Of a stretch of DNA of 49,268 nt, positions 18,001 through 26,177 are shown piece after piece (position 1 is the first letter of the stretch; every line of letters starts with the position of its first letter). Both the position numbers and the translations under genes were made by a program. The DNA lies in the IMG/VR virus record IMGVR_UViG_3300037511_000030, positions 1-49,268 of that record. One strand, given 5' to 3'. The DNA is from a virus. Taxonomy: Duplodnaviria; Caudoviricetes. The notes under the pieces are model-generated. The model made no database searches, was not told the DNA's origin, and worked only from the letters and a program-made list of their open reading frames with translations.

Positions 18001-19112
18001 GCCGCGAGTTCCTTCGCCCCCGCGATGGCCCGCTGCTCGGCCGCCGTCTTGCCTCCGGCCGCCGCGTGCTTCTTCTCGTCCTCGATCAGCCACTTCGGCT
18101 TCTGCGCAGGACCCACCGGCTTGCCGGACGAGTTGACGGGAATCCACCCGTGCTTCCACCCGGTGGCGCCTGGCGGAAGAGAAGGCTCACCGAACTTCGC
18201 CGACTGCTCATCCCCCTTCGCGGGCTTCGCCGACTTCTTGGCCTTGTTGGCAAGCTCGATCGCCTTGCCCTTCAGGCGCCCGAACGCGGACTCGCGCGGC
18301 GAGTCGTCGTAGCCCTCGCCCATCGGGAACCGGAAGACCTGATCCCCGCGCTTCACGATCAGGTTCGAGAGCGTGACCGGCGTGATCGGGACCGGGTCGG
18401 GGAGCTTCGAGCCCTCCGGCATGAACGCGAGGGTGATGTGCGGGACGTAGCCCGTGGTGGACACGTTCAGCGACCGGAACTGAGACGCGAGGTCGTTTAC
18501 ACCCGGCACACTGACGGGGCACCAGACCGGCATCTTCGAGCCGTCGTCCTTCGGGGGGAACGTGCCGAGACCGCCGACCGTGCCGGAGAGAGGGCGCCGG
18601 TGCGAAGCGTCGTAGGCGTACGCGATGGCCCGAGCAAGGGTCTTGTCGTCCACGTCCTCACCGAGGAACGCGAGCGTGATGTGCATGTCGTCGGCCGGAG
18701 TACCGCCGTCGAGCGGCGCGATGGTCCCGGCCGGGACTTCCAGCGCCACCATGCCCATGCGGGGCGTCACGTCGGCCGCGCTGTTCGCGAGGTCAAAAGG
18801 GTTCGAGAGGCTGGCCCCCTTGTTCGGGGTGGCGCGAGCCTTCGCCTTCGCGGCCTCCCACTCCGCGACCGCCTTCGCCGCAGCGGCGCGCACCTCGGGC
18901 GAGACGTTGCCCTTGCCCTCAGCCCAGTTCTTGACCGTGCCGATCGCGATCTGGATCGCCTGGCTCTTCGACTTCCCGTTCCGCATCAGCGCCTTCGCGA
19001 CGTTCTGAATGTAGGCGGGGAGCTGAAGGCTCTTGTCGTGGAAGAGGCCCGGCCCACCGGGCTTTCCCAGCTTGTGATGCTGGCTTGCCAGCCGTGCAGT
19101 ATCGGCGCTCAC
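15096..19112 (-). CDS. Large polyvalent head-module protein: 2H phosphoesterase + Lys/Ala-rich region + C-terminal VIP2-like ADP-ribosyltransferase
   Basis: Two HITL motifs (His codons at 18681 and 18438). C-terminal YT...INAQLR, R, YGSTS and EQEILLPRG (R-S-E ART signature). GTG at 19112 with GAGGAG. Confidence 0.9.
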   Translation of the reverse strand: MSADTARLASQHHKLGKPGGPGLFHDKSLQLPAYIQNVAKALMRNGKSKSQAIQIAIGTVKNWAEGKGNVSPEVRAAAAKAVAEWEAAKAKARATPNKGASLSNPFDLANSAADVTPRMGMVALEVPAGTIAPLDGGTPADDMHITLAFLGEDVDDKTLARAIAYAYDASHRRPLSGTVGGLGTFPPKDDGSKMPVWCPVSVPGVNDLASQFRSLNVSTTGYVPHITLAFMPEGSKLPDPVPITPVTLSNLIVKRGDQVFRFPMGEGYDDSPRESAFGRLKGKAIELANKAKKSAKPAKGDEQSAKFGEPSLPPGATGWKHGWIPVNSSGKPVGPAQKPKWLIEDEKKHAAAGGKTAAEQRAIAGAKELAAPKKAAAAKAKAAAKHKAALDRQAANKEKSAKAHEAAQAKHEASVKATAAHKAEREKAAKEKERQRQIAAAYKQAQADLKAGRALTPQQQRVVAYVEAQNKKQADANRKVDVAGQKVTAPKTPAATVAKKAATTAKKAATAKPAPKVKRRSYKNAAERATALANVPWGVNVIDLAGNSPKGHLAFRYKHNWILINPAIPSRGKFGGGLAKQHGHKSGGITHGHFENHPSGKGKVFVPDRHGGQNNPAKLKAAHTKSIGSAKPEQSGYKLAANKQAPKGDALKPATPSAAQAKEKSDAANAASATANKTKSVADAQVAAKKHADAFVAHKKVGNEQAAQSHKANAQAWAKKAQQLKSAEKATQDAKAKYEAEQKAKAADEKAKAEKALADAAEKKKAAQSKALDLLTDATKLHNEADAKPDNNTPAMKAKAQQYKYAADKYGELEKHMTDNGLTVTPQIKAKKAEAEKNAAEFAKKAIEHKQKMADANKLGEEAFHQTVTANAADTADAHKAAALAHQKAGKAFQDLGQTGDQAMHFDAATKHMKKSIAKTQEAEKAKAAAKAAEPPASSSGLGPGMTAANQLEGLADNIDGILEEHDFMDPGTYGQWDDYLHAAAKAKVKPTPANLKKLATMKKALADDGVTDAAMKDKTAQLFKKMGWGGASKKTVAAKKTVPAKKTAAAPEKPSINAPEPKEPDWSVTLPGPGMFKDGNTVMALMNKPTTSPEQDTAKAKAVQKALADFEKKHGKKFDPNSVEVDLYNSMQPSTPVPQLSSAFFDEAKAAGYHHPDGSTDVTGGWKPPAHTVGALLGYTGEGSYSYTPINAQLRGQSAQTDAITKRIKLMDEAFADAPGLKEDTVTIRKMKTNGQFPAFPPPMTEGDEYTDYGYGSTSKSTSAWSGKVVMEVRIPKGTKAIDVNHNKVVSCSTSEQEILLPRGCTYRVIKDEMIGGQRRITTEVVSTGATHPKNTI

Positions 19113-19180
19113 ATCTCTCTCCTCGAAGCAGAAGGGGCGAGCCCGTGGGCCCGCCCCCATCATCGCGCATCAGCGCGAGG

Positions 19181-20056
19181 TCACACGCCCTTGGACTCCA
19201 GCAGGGCCCGGATGTCGGCCGCGAGGTCTTCGGCCGTGATCTCCGGCGCCGGGCCGGGGGTCGGGTCCGGGACCGGCACGGGCGCCGGGGCCGGGATCGG
19301 GTTGGTCTCGTTGGTGAGCGCGGCGAACGCCTGCCCCAGCTCGTAGAAGGACGCCGACCCGGCGAAGTACGCCATGGCCTTGTTCAGGCCGTCCTCGTCG
19401 AGCACCACCCACGCTTCGTCAACGTACTTCTTCCAGTACGCCTCGGTCATGCCGAACTCGGCCGCCCACGTGACGCCGTACAGCGTCTTCTTCGCGGAGT
19501 CGAAGGCGCCCATCGGGACGCAGTGACCGCCCAGGTTGCGGGCGCCGCGCTTGACGTCCCACACCTGCCCGGCGTCGAACGCGTCCTCGGCCGCGTCGGT
19601 GACCGTGAAGCCGATGTAAACGGTCCCGAACATGGCGATGGCCTGCTTGACCTCGTCGAGGTTCGAGACGTCCAGCGCGGCGTACGCCACGATCTTGTGG
19701 CCTTCGAGCCCGGTCTTGCGCCAGTACGCCAGCACGTCTTGGCAGTAGGCGCCGGTGTCCGTGGACGGGTGGCCCGGCCGGTAGCCGGTCACGGCGGAGT
19801 ACATGCCGACCACGCTCGACTCCTTCGGCTGCACCTCGGTGCCGGAGCCGTAGAACGTGAGCTGGTTGACCATGTGGCCGACCGCCGCGCACGTGCAGTC
19901 GCCGATCTGGTCGTTGGCGTACATGGGCCACTGGATCGTGTCCGCCTGCCAGTCGGCGCGCACCGGGGGAGCCGCGAGCCGCGTCATGACGGGGGACAGC
20001 TTCAGGTGGGGCCGCGCCGGTTGCGCGGGGAGCTTGCCGTAGTGGTGGCGGGTCAC
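19181..20056 (-). CDS. Papain-like cysteine peptidase
   Basis: NDQIGDCTCAA, GGHCV and VTW motifs in the Cys-His-(x)W order of papain-fold peptidases; AGGAG RBS. Confidence 0.7.
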   Translation of the reverse strand: MTRHHYGKLPAQPARPHLKLSPVMTRLAAPPVRADWQADTIQWPMYANDQIGDCTCAAVGHMVNQLTFYGSGTEVQPKESSVVGMYSAVTGYRPGHPSTDTGAYCQDVLAYWRKTGLEGHKIVAYAALDVSNLDEVKQAIAMFGTVYIGFTVTDAAEDAFDAGQVWDVKRGARNLGGHCVPMGAFDSAKKTLYGVTWAAEFGMTEAYWKKYVDEAWVVLDEDGLNKAMAYFAGSASFYELGQAFAALTNETNPIPAPAPVPVPDPTPGPAPEITAEDLAADIRALLESKGV

Positions 20057-20065
20057 GCTGGTCTC

Positions 20066-20704
20066 CTAGCGGTAGAACCCGGGGCCGTGGCGCCTCACGG
20101 TGAGCGAGTCGTCGACCATCTTCGCCCCGGGGAAGGGCGGGCCGGGAAGGCACCGGCACCGGGGGTGCACGCTACCCGGGAAACCTATGACCGGGGGCTG
20201 AAGCGCGTTGAAGTTCCGGTGGTCGGCCGCCCGGCATTCGGCCGTCGTGCGGTTGTCCATCGTGGCGTACCAGCCGAGCACGTCGCCGTACAGCTTCCGG
20301 GACGCGTCGATCCGGCGGGCCACCGTCATGCGGCGGGCGCTCGCGGCCGTGTGCGCCTTCCAGAACCCCAGCTCGCGCTTCAGCGCGGTCTTCCAGTCGG
20401 GGGCCGCCGCGATGCGGCGTAGTGCGTTGATGATGAACGCGGCGCGGTAGCGGAGGTTTGCCTTCTTGGCCAGGGCCCGCGCCGACGTCCCGCCGGTCGG
20501 GCGTGTAAACGACTTCAGCGCTTCCGAGCCGAGCCCCTTCAGGAACGCCACCGCGATGTTGACGGGGATCAGCAGGACCCCGGCGAGCGCCTGCGCCGTC
20601 TCCTTCACGCCGTAGCCGAGCAGCAGGATCGCGAGGATGGCCGCGATCTCCTCGTCCGTCGCGCTCTCCGGCTGCTGCTGCGGGTCCTGCTGCGGTGTGC
20701 TCAC
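20066..20704 (-). CDS. MuF-like (SPP1 gp7 family) minor head protein
   Basis: W.ATMDNRTTAEC and PG.VHPRCRC motifs; follows the portal. Confidence 0.85.
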   Translation of the reverse strand: MSTPQQDPQQQPESATDEEIAAILAILLLGYGVKETAQALAGVLLIPVNIAVAFLKGLGSEALKSFTRPTGGTSARALAKKANLRYRAAFIINALRRIAAAPDWKTALKRELGFWKAHTAASARRMTVARRIDASRKLYGDVLGWYATMDNRTTAECRAADHRNFNALQPPVIGFPGSVHPRCRCLPGPPFPGAKMVDDSLTVRRHGPGFYR

Positions 20705-22158
20705 TTCTTCCCGCTCTCCTGCTGCTGCTTGGCCTTCACCGCCGCAGCGGCCACGCCGACCTTCGCGGCGATACCGGCCGTCTGCTTGGCGGCCTTCTCC
20801 TGCGGGGAGCCCTTGGCCGGAGCCTGGTTACCGCCCACGCCCTGCTTCAGGGCCGCCGCCTGCCCCTGAAGGCCCTGCCGCTGCGCCTCCATGGACATGG
20901 CCGCCTTGTCCTCGGCGATCTTCCCGGCCTTCTCCATGCCGTCGCGGACCTTCGCCACGTCCAGTTCGAGGTAGGCCGCCGTCTTCAGCGTCAGCTCTTC
21001 AATGAACTCGAAGGGGAGCACGTTGTTGGTGGCGACCGCGAGCCCCGAGATCAGGCTGATGCAGCGGTCCACGTCCGAGTCGGCGAGCGGCCCGAACTCG
21101 AACCGGGGGAACTTGGCGTTCCGGCCGTAGTTGTAGACCACGAGGTCCCCGAGCACGTTGTGCGTGATCGAGTCGGCAAGCTCGCGGCTGTACGCCTCCA
21201 AGGACTCCACGAAGAACGTGGACTGGTCCTTCGACAGGGCGTACGAGCCGGTGCCGGTCGCGCCGGACGCGAGGTCGGTGAAGTTGGCCAGGACCGCCGC
21301 GCTCATCTGCGTGTCGAGGTAGTTGATCATGTCCTTGAAGACCTGAGCGGCCGTGCCGTTGCTCTCCAGCACGGTGGCCGTCGTCCCGTTCGGGAGGCCC
21401 ACCACGCCGCCCCCACGGAGCGTCGCGAGCTTCTTCGCGGCTTCGTCGGGGTCCGAGCCGGACGTCATCAGCCGGGGCTCTGCCTGCGTCGCGAGGAACG
21501 TCGTCCACAGGTAGAGGATCTTCATCTTGGTCTCGTGGCACCACAGCGGGATTTGAAGGTCGCTGGTGCCCGTCATGGGGTTGCGCCGCAGGCCGTTGAT
21601 GTGCACCCACGCGTACGGGGGCCGGATGTCCACGTCCCCGAAGTTCTTCGCGCCGCCCTGCCTCACGGGGGTCTGCCGGAAGCCGGTGTACTCGCCGGTG
21701 TCGGGGTTGCGGCCGATCCGGCACGTCTCCGGCGGACGGTACGCGATCTTGTCGTACACGATCTTCCCGTCCACCTCCTTGTAGACCTTCTCGAAGAACG
21801 CCTTCTTGTACGCCCGCGCGGAGGTGGCCTGAGCGATCACGGTCTGGAAGGGGGTCTGCATCCCGCCTTCGAGCGGGCTCATGCGCAGGAAGGTGTCCAG
21901 CTCTTCGGCGATCTTCTCGCCGCCGGTGCCGGGCTTGATGGACCACGGCGCGGACAGGATCGGGAGGGTCAGCGCCTGTTCGATGCAGCCGAGCTTCCCA
22001 TCCTTCTCCAGCGCCTTGCGGACGTCGAGAGAGCTGAAGTCGTATTCGAAGACCTCGCCCGAGTCCCACTCTCCGAACAGAGTGTCGAAGAGCCGGAAGG
22101 ACGAGCCGCGCTCGATCTCGAAGCTGAGCTTCTTGACCTCGTCGTCGATGCTGGCCAC
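20701..22158 (-). CDS. Portal protein (DUF935/Mu gp29-like)
   Basis: 485 aa after TerL with MINYLDTQMS.AVLA.F, GSYALS and LV.YNYG motifs. Confidence 0.9.
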   Translation of the reverse strand: MASIDDEVKKLSFEIERGSSFRLFDTLFGEWDSGEVFEYDFSSLDVRKALEKDGKLGCIEQALTLPILSAPWSIKPGTGGEKIAEELDTFLRMSPLEGGMQTPFQTVIAQATSARAYKKAFFEKVYKEVDGKIVYDKIAYRPPETCRIGRNPDTGEYTGFRQTPVRQGGAKNFGDVDIRPPYAWVHINGLRRNPMTGTSDLQIPLWCHETKMKILYLWTTFLATQAEPRLMTSGSDPDEAAKKLATLRGGGVVGLPNGTTATVLESNGTAAQVFKDMINYLDTQMSAAVLANFTDLASGATGTGSYALSKDQSTFFVESLEAYSRELADSITHNVLGDLVVYNYGRNAKFPRFEFGPLADSDVDRCISLISGLAVATNNVLPFEFIEELTLKTAAYLELDVAKVRDGMEKAGKIAEDKAAMSMEAQRQGLQGQAAALKQGVGGNQAPAKGSPQEKAAKQTAGIAAKVGVAAAAVKAKQQQESGKK

Positions 22159-22170
22159 GTTTACACGCTC

Positions 22171-23868
22171 CTAGTCCCAGTGCCCGGCTCCGAGACCGGC
22201 CGTCGCGGTTTCCCAGTGCTGCACGGTGTCGTTCTTCGTCGAGCCCCATGGTACGGACTCCGCCGTGTCCTCAGTGGGCGCCCCGGCCGTCCAGAAGAGC
22301 ATCACGACCGCATCGCCGGTGTCCGGCGACCGCCCCAGACGCTCCCGGATCTTCTCCTTCGGCTCGATCTTGATCTTCGGCGGGGAGCCCGACTCGGACA
22401 AGACCCACTTCGGCGCGCACAGGTCGGCCTTCATCTGCTCGTCGTCCGGGAGCATGATCTTGGCCCCGCCGGGCTGGCTCGGGTCCAGCAGCTCCCGCAG
22501 GTTCCACCACGCCGCCGCGCGGTTGTTGAAGAACTCGAACTCGCCGTTCTGGTCCCGCCGGTGATGCTGCTCGGACGCGTTGAAGCCGATCACCGTGGGG
22601 GTGATCGGGAGCTTCAGGGTCTTCATGTGATGCCGCAGGTTGTCGACCACGCCCGCGCCCACGCCGATCACGTCCACGACAAACTGAAGGCCGGGGGAGT
22701 CGAGCCGCGCGAGCTGTGGCGTCCTGCCGTTCATGTCCGGCCGGGGGTCACGGCGCAGCAGCACATTCGACGTCTCGGTGGTGTCGAGCCCCGAGAAGCG
22801 ATGGATCGTGTAAACGGCGTTGCCCTGCCTCTTGGCCATGGCCGTCATGTCGTCGCCGAACCGGGCCACGTCGCACGCCACGACCTCGCGGCCAGGCTGC
22901 TCCGGCGCCCCCGCGTCCTGCCACTCGATCCACCGGTCTATCGCGCGCTCCACCCACCCGAGCGGGATGACGCCTTCCATGTTCGAGTCGGGGAACATGC
23001 CCCGGACCTTCGACGTCCACAGAGCCGAGTTCGTGCCCCACCGCTTCGCGCGCTCCACCACCCACAGCGGGGACGTCAGCATGGGCCGGACCGCGTCCGG
23101 GATCTCCTCGGTGGACGGCTGCACGCCCGCCTCCGCCATCACCCCGTACATGCGCGCCGTCAATCCGGGCTCCACGTCGTCGAGCCGGTCGATCTCGGAG
23201 CGGCACATGTTGGGGGACCGCAGTGCGTCGATACGGATCACGTTCCAGCCCTGGCCGGGCTGGCAGATTTCGCGGAAGTGCGTACCGGGGTCGTCCGGGT
23301 TGCCGATGGCCAGCACCCGGGACAGCTCGTTGGTGGCGAGCGCGTCGATGGCGTCCCACAGCAGCTTCGGCACGCCGCAGGCTTCGTCCACGACCACGAG
23401 CACCTTGCGCGCGTGAATGCCCTGGAAGCCGTGCGCGTCGTGGTCGGCGGGCTTGCGGCCCATGCCCACCTCTATGCCGTCGATCTTCCACAAGGGGCTG
23501 TTGCCCTGGTTGATCCGGCCCGCGAGCTTGCCCTTCTTGTGCGCACTCTTGATCTCGCGCCACAGGATGGCTTCCACCTGCCGGGCGGTCGGCGCGGTGC
23601 TCACGACGTAGACGTCTTCCACGTCGTTGGTGGCGATCCACCAGCAGATCGTTCGGGAGGCGATGAAGCTCTTCCCGACGCCGTGGCAGGCGTGTACGGC
23701 GGTGTACCGGTTGTCCCTCACGGACTCCAAGATCTCGGCCTGCTTGGACCAGATGAACTCGCGAAGGGTGTCCTGTATCCAGCGCACGGGGTCACCTTGG
23801 AAGTCGACCCCGGCGGCCTCGTAGTGCCGGGCCAGGGACTCCAGAGACCACCCCACCAGATCTGTCAT
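22171..23868 (-). CDS. terL: Terminase large subunit
   Basis: HACHGVGKS Walker A, VVVDEA Walker B, IGNP coupling motif, DVARFGDD nuclease motif and RSPDTGDA. Confidence 0.97.
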   Translation of the reverse strand: MTDLVGWSLESLARHYEAAGVDFQGDPVRWIQDTLREFIWSKQAEILESVRDNRYTAVHACHGVGKSFIASRTICWWIATNDVEDVYVVSTAPTARQVEAILWREIKSAHKKGKLAGRINQGNSPLWKIDGIEVGMGRKPADHDAHGFQGIHARKVLVVVDEACGVPKLLWDAIDALATNELSRVLAIGNPDDPGTHFREICQPGQGWNVIRIDALRSPNMCRSEIDRLDDVEPGLTARMYGVMAEAGVQPSTEEIPDAVRPMLTSPLWVVERAKRWGTNSALWTSKVRGMFPDSNMEGVIPLGWVERAIDRWIEWQDAGAPEQPGREVVACDVARFGDDMTAMAKRQGNAVYTIHRFSGLDTTETSNVLLRRDPRPDMNGRTPQLARLDSPGLQFVVDVIGVGAGVVDNLRHHMKTLKLPITPTVIGFNASEQHHRRDQNGEFEFFNNRAAAWWNLRELLDPSQPGGAKIMLPDDEQMKADLCAPKWVLSESGSPPKIKIEPKEKIRERLGRSPDTGDAVVMLFWTAGAPTEDTAESVPWGSTKNDTVQHWETATAGLGAGHWD

Positions 23869-23875
23869 GCGGGAA

Positions 23876-24049
23876 TCATCCCACGTCGCGCCGGGGGAGT
23901 TCACGCGGAAGAGGGGCCGCCTTCTCCTCCACGTTTACACGCCCTTCGATGACTCCGAGGACGAGCAGCGGAGAGAGTGGCAACCCCTCTTCCTGTGCGC
24001 GACACGCTAGCCGGGTGACCCGTCTCACTGCCTCTTCTGCGTTCAGCAT
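23876..24049 (-). CDS. Possible small hypothetical protein (57 aa)
   Basis: Manually translated MLNAEEAVRRV...RRDVG; below the ORF track cutoff and no strong RBS. Confidence 0.35.
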   Translation of the reverse strand: MLNAEEAVRRVTRLACRAQEEGLPLSPLLVLGVIEGRVNVEEKAAPLPRELPRRDVG

Positions 24050-24171
24050 GGCAGCAACGTACGCCCGAATCGTGAAGATCGAACTACAAGTCGATGTCTC
24101 CGCCTCCGCATAGCAGAACGAGCAGCAGCACGACCACTACGCCGCCGGGCAGAAGCCACACGAGCGCTGGG

Positions 24172-24402
24172 TCACTCAGGATCTCGCGGACGGTCACGGT
24201 GTTCCCTCTCCAGTGCGTTCATGCGGTCCGCGCGGGCCTGTGCGCCGCTGCGGGTGCGGTAACGGTCCGGGAGGCCCACGAGCTTCCCGGAGGCCGTCTC
24301 ACGGACAACGAAGGGCTTGTTCGCCGCGTTCGGGTAGAGCCGCTTCTGAAGCGCGCTCATGTGGACCTTCTCGACGACGTACGGCTCTTCGGGCTCGCTC
24401 AC
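24172..24402 (-). CDS. Hypothetical protein
   Basis: GTG overlapping the upstream stop; phage-like codon usage. Confidence 0.6.
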   Translation of the reverse strand: MSEPEEPYVVEKVHMSALQKRLYPNAANKPFVVRETASGKLVGLPDRYRTRSGAQARADRMNALEREHRDRPRDPE

Positions 24403-24593
24403 TTCTTGCCGCCCTTGCCGTCGTCCTTCTTGCCCCACCGCGTGCCTCCGAAGAGCTTGCGGTCCTTCTGGCGCCGCTTGCCCGCGCTGCTCTTGCGCTT
24501 ACGGCCGGTCGGGTTCTGGCTCGCGGGGTCGTCGTCCTTCCACGAGTCGTCGTCACTGCCCGAACCGTCCTGGTACCCGGGAATCCTGCCCAT
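24399..24593 (-). CDS. Small basic hypothetical protein
   Basis: Tightly packed in operon. Confidence 0.65.
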   Translation of the reverse strand: MGRIPGYQDGSGSDDDSWKDDDPASQNPTGRKRKSSAGKRRQKDRKLFGGTRWGKKDDGKGGKK

Positions 24594-24596
24594 GGC

Positions 24597-24794
24597 CTAC
24601 TCGTCCTCTCCGTACAGCAGGGTCATCATGTCCTTGACGTCCTCGGTGCTCATGTCCTCCATGGCCGCGACGAACTGCACGCCGCAGGTCTCACAGGTCA
24701 TGATCCACTGGTCGTCGCTGGTCTGGCCTGTTCGCGGGCCATCGTGCGTGTGCGGCCTTACGGCGGTCGGGCGGGGCTCGGGCCTGTTCGTCAT
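24597..24794 (-). CDS. Small hypothetical protein with H..H/CxxC putative zinc site
   Basis: PHTH...CETCG; lies downstream of the promoter at 24833. Confidence 0.6.
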   Translation of the reverse strand: MTNRPEPRPTAVRPHTHDGPRTGQTSDDQWIMTCETCGVQFVAAMEDMSTEDVKDMMTLLYGEDE

Positions 24795-24832
24795 CTCGGT
24801 TCACTCCCTGGTCTTTCTCTTGGTGTAGTACC

Positions 24833-24862
24833 ACAGTACCACGATGCCCCCTGCTCGCGCAA
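24833..24862 (-). promoter_or_regulatory. Phage promoter
   Basis: TTGCGC-N18-TACTGT followed by GGTACTAC. Confidence 0.7.
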
Positions 24863-24977
24863 GGGGCTTCGGGTCACTTCTTGACGGTCTTGCAGTAGAT
24901 GCAGTAGAGGCAGAAGACCCCCGCGAGCCAGCCGGAGATCCAGCAACATCCCCCGTTCCCGGGGGACTTGCTGCACA

Positions 24978-25334
24978 TCAGCCGTTCAGCTTGTCGTACT
25001 CGTCGGCGAGCCGCTGCTGAACGTCCCAGCACTGCTCACACGGGTCGGTCTCGTGGCACTCGCTACGCGGCTGGTTGAAGCTGCACAGGTCCGGCGCGTC
25101 GTCCGTCTCCGCGATCAGCGTCCAGCGGTCGGCCTCCGAGTCGTACTGAATCGAGTAGTGGGCCCCGAGGTCGAGGTCCGTGCCGTGCTGCGATGCGCCA
25201 CCGTGGAAGACGATCCCCGAGAGGCTGAGGTGTCCGTTGTCCTTTGCGGCGGCGGCCTTGACGACGGCCTCCACCTCGTTCAGGGCGTCCACGAGCTTGA
25301 TGTAGGGGGCCGGGTCGATCATGTGCTTCTTCAT
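24978..25334 (-). CDS. Hypothetical protein with C-terminal Cys cluster
   Basis: AAGGAG RBS and its own promoter. Confidence 0.75.
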   Translation of the reverse strand: MKKHMIDPAPYIKLVDALNEVEAVVKAAAAKDNGHLSLSGIVFHGGASQHGTDLDLGAHYSIQYDSEADRWTLIAETDDAPDLCSFNQPRSECHETDPCEQCWDVQQRLADEYDKLNG

Positions 25335-25361
25335 GGGGTGCTCCTTGGTGGGTGTAGTACC

Positions 25362-25390
25362 ACAGTACCACGGTGGGGAGAGGGTGTAAA
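25362..25390 (-). promoter_or_regulatory. Phage promoter
   Basis: TTTACA-N17-TACTGT followed by GGTACTAC. Confidence 0.75.
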
Positions 25391-25407
25391 CCCCCTCCCC
25401 GGGCCGC

Positions 25408-25683
25408 CTATCGGATCGAGAAGATGTGGCGCGTCTCGCTGGTCTCGGGCCCGAGCGTCCAGCCCTCGGAGACCTTCGAGCCCAGGGTCTTGCCGTGCTC
25501 GCGCGCCCACTCGCGGGCGGCGGCCTTGATCTTGTTGTTGACCGCGCGGGTCTCCAGCTCGTTGCTGGGGTGGGTCAGCGCGACGTGAATGCAGGTCTCG
25601 AAGGTGTGGATCACGCGGGCGTACTCGCCGGGCTGCATGACGTTGTGGTGGGCGGCGTACTCGGCGGCGGTCATGTCGGCCAT
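25408..25683 (-). CDS. Hypothetical protein
   Basis: GAGGAGCACACC-ATG start at 25683. Confidence 0.75.
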   Translation of the reverse strand: MADMTAAEYAAHHNVMQPGEYARVIHTFETCIHVALTHPSNELETRAVNNKIKAAAREWAREHGKTLGSKVSEGWTLGPETSETRHIFSIR

Positions 25684-25720
25684 GGTGTGCTCCTCGGGTT
25701 CCTCGTTGGCTTGTAGGACT

Positions 25721-25770
25721 ACAGTACCAAGGTACCGTGTAAACGCGCAAGCCCCCTCGGCAAGATCTTT
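25721..25770 (-). promoter_or_regulatory. Phage promoter with upstream ATCTTG box
   Basis: TTGCGC-N18-TACTGT, GTTTACAC in the spacer, and AAAGATCTTG 10 nt upstream of the -35. Confidence 0.7.
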
Positions 25771-25805
25771 TACGATCTGCCTCGGGGGCTTGATAAGGGG
25801 GGTTA

Positions 25806-26177
25806 TCAGAACGGGGGCTCGCACTCCGGCTCGTAGCAGTCCTCGTACTTGCCCGGGTGCAGCGTGCCCGAGGGCGCGAGTCCCGCGCGGTGCGTGCGTG
25901 CTTCCAGGCACTCCGGCCGGTCGCACGTCTCCCGGGGCCCGGGGTGCTCCTCGGTGCTGTAGCCGTGCGCCACGGGCTCGTCGTATGCGCGGTACGCCTC
26001 GCACCCCTCGCGCTCGATCGTGCCGCAGTTGTGGTACACGTTCCCGCACCGGTACGCGTGCGCGGCAGGCTTGCCGTTGAAGCCGAATCGGCTCACCAGC
26101 TTCTCCACCAGGCACCCGCACACGCGGCACCGGCGGTTGTACGGCCGGTCGTCAGCCTTCGTTCCGATCTTCGGCAC
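25806..26177 (-). CDS. Cys/His-rich hypothetical protein
   Basis: CRVCG and further Cys/His residues; AGGAGG RBS. Confidence 0.65.
   Translation of the reverse strand: MPKIGTKADDRPYNRRCRVCGCLVEKLVSRFGFNGKPAAHAYRCGNVYHNCGTIEREGCEAYRAYDEPVAHGYSTEEHPGPRETCDRPECLEARTHRAGLAPSGTLHPGKYEDCYEPECEPPF

Noticed and set aside
23907-23993. Inverted repeat ggaagagggg/cccctcttcc upstream of terL enclosing a GTTTACAC
   Set aside because: A 10-bp arm within a plausible 57 aa ORF; too weak to call a pac site or RNA without read data.
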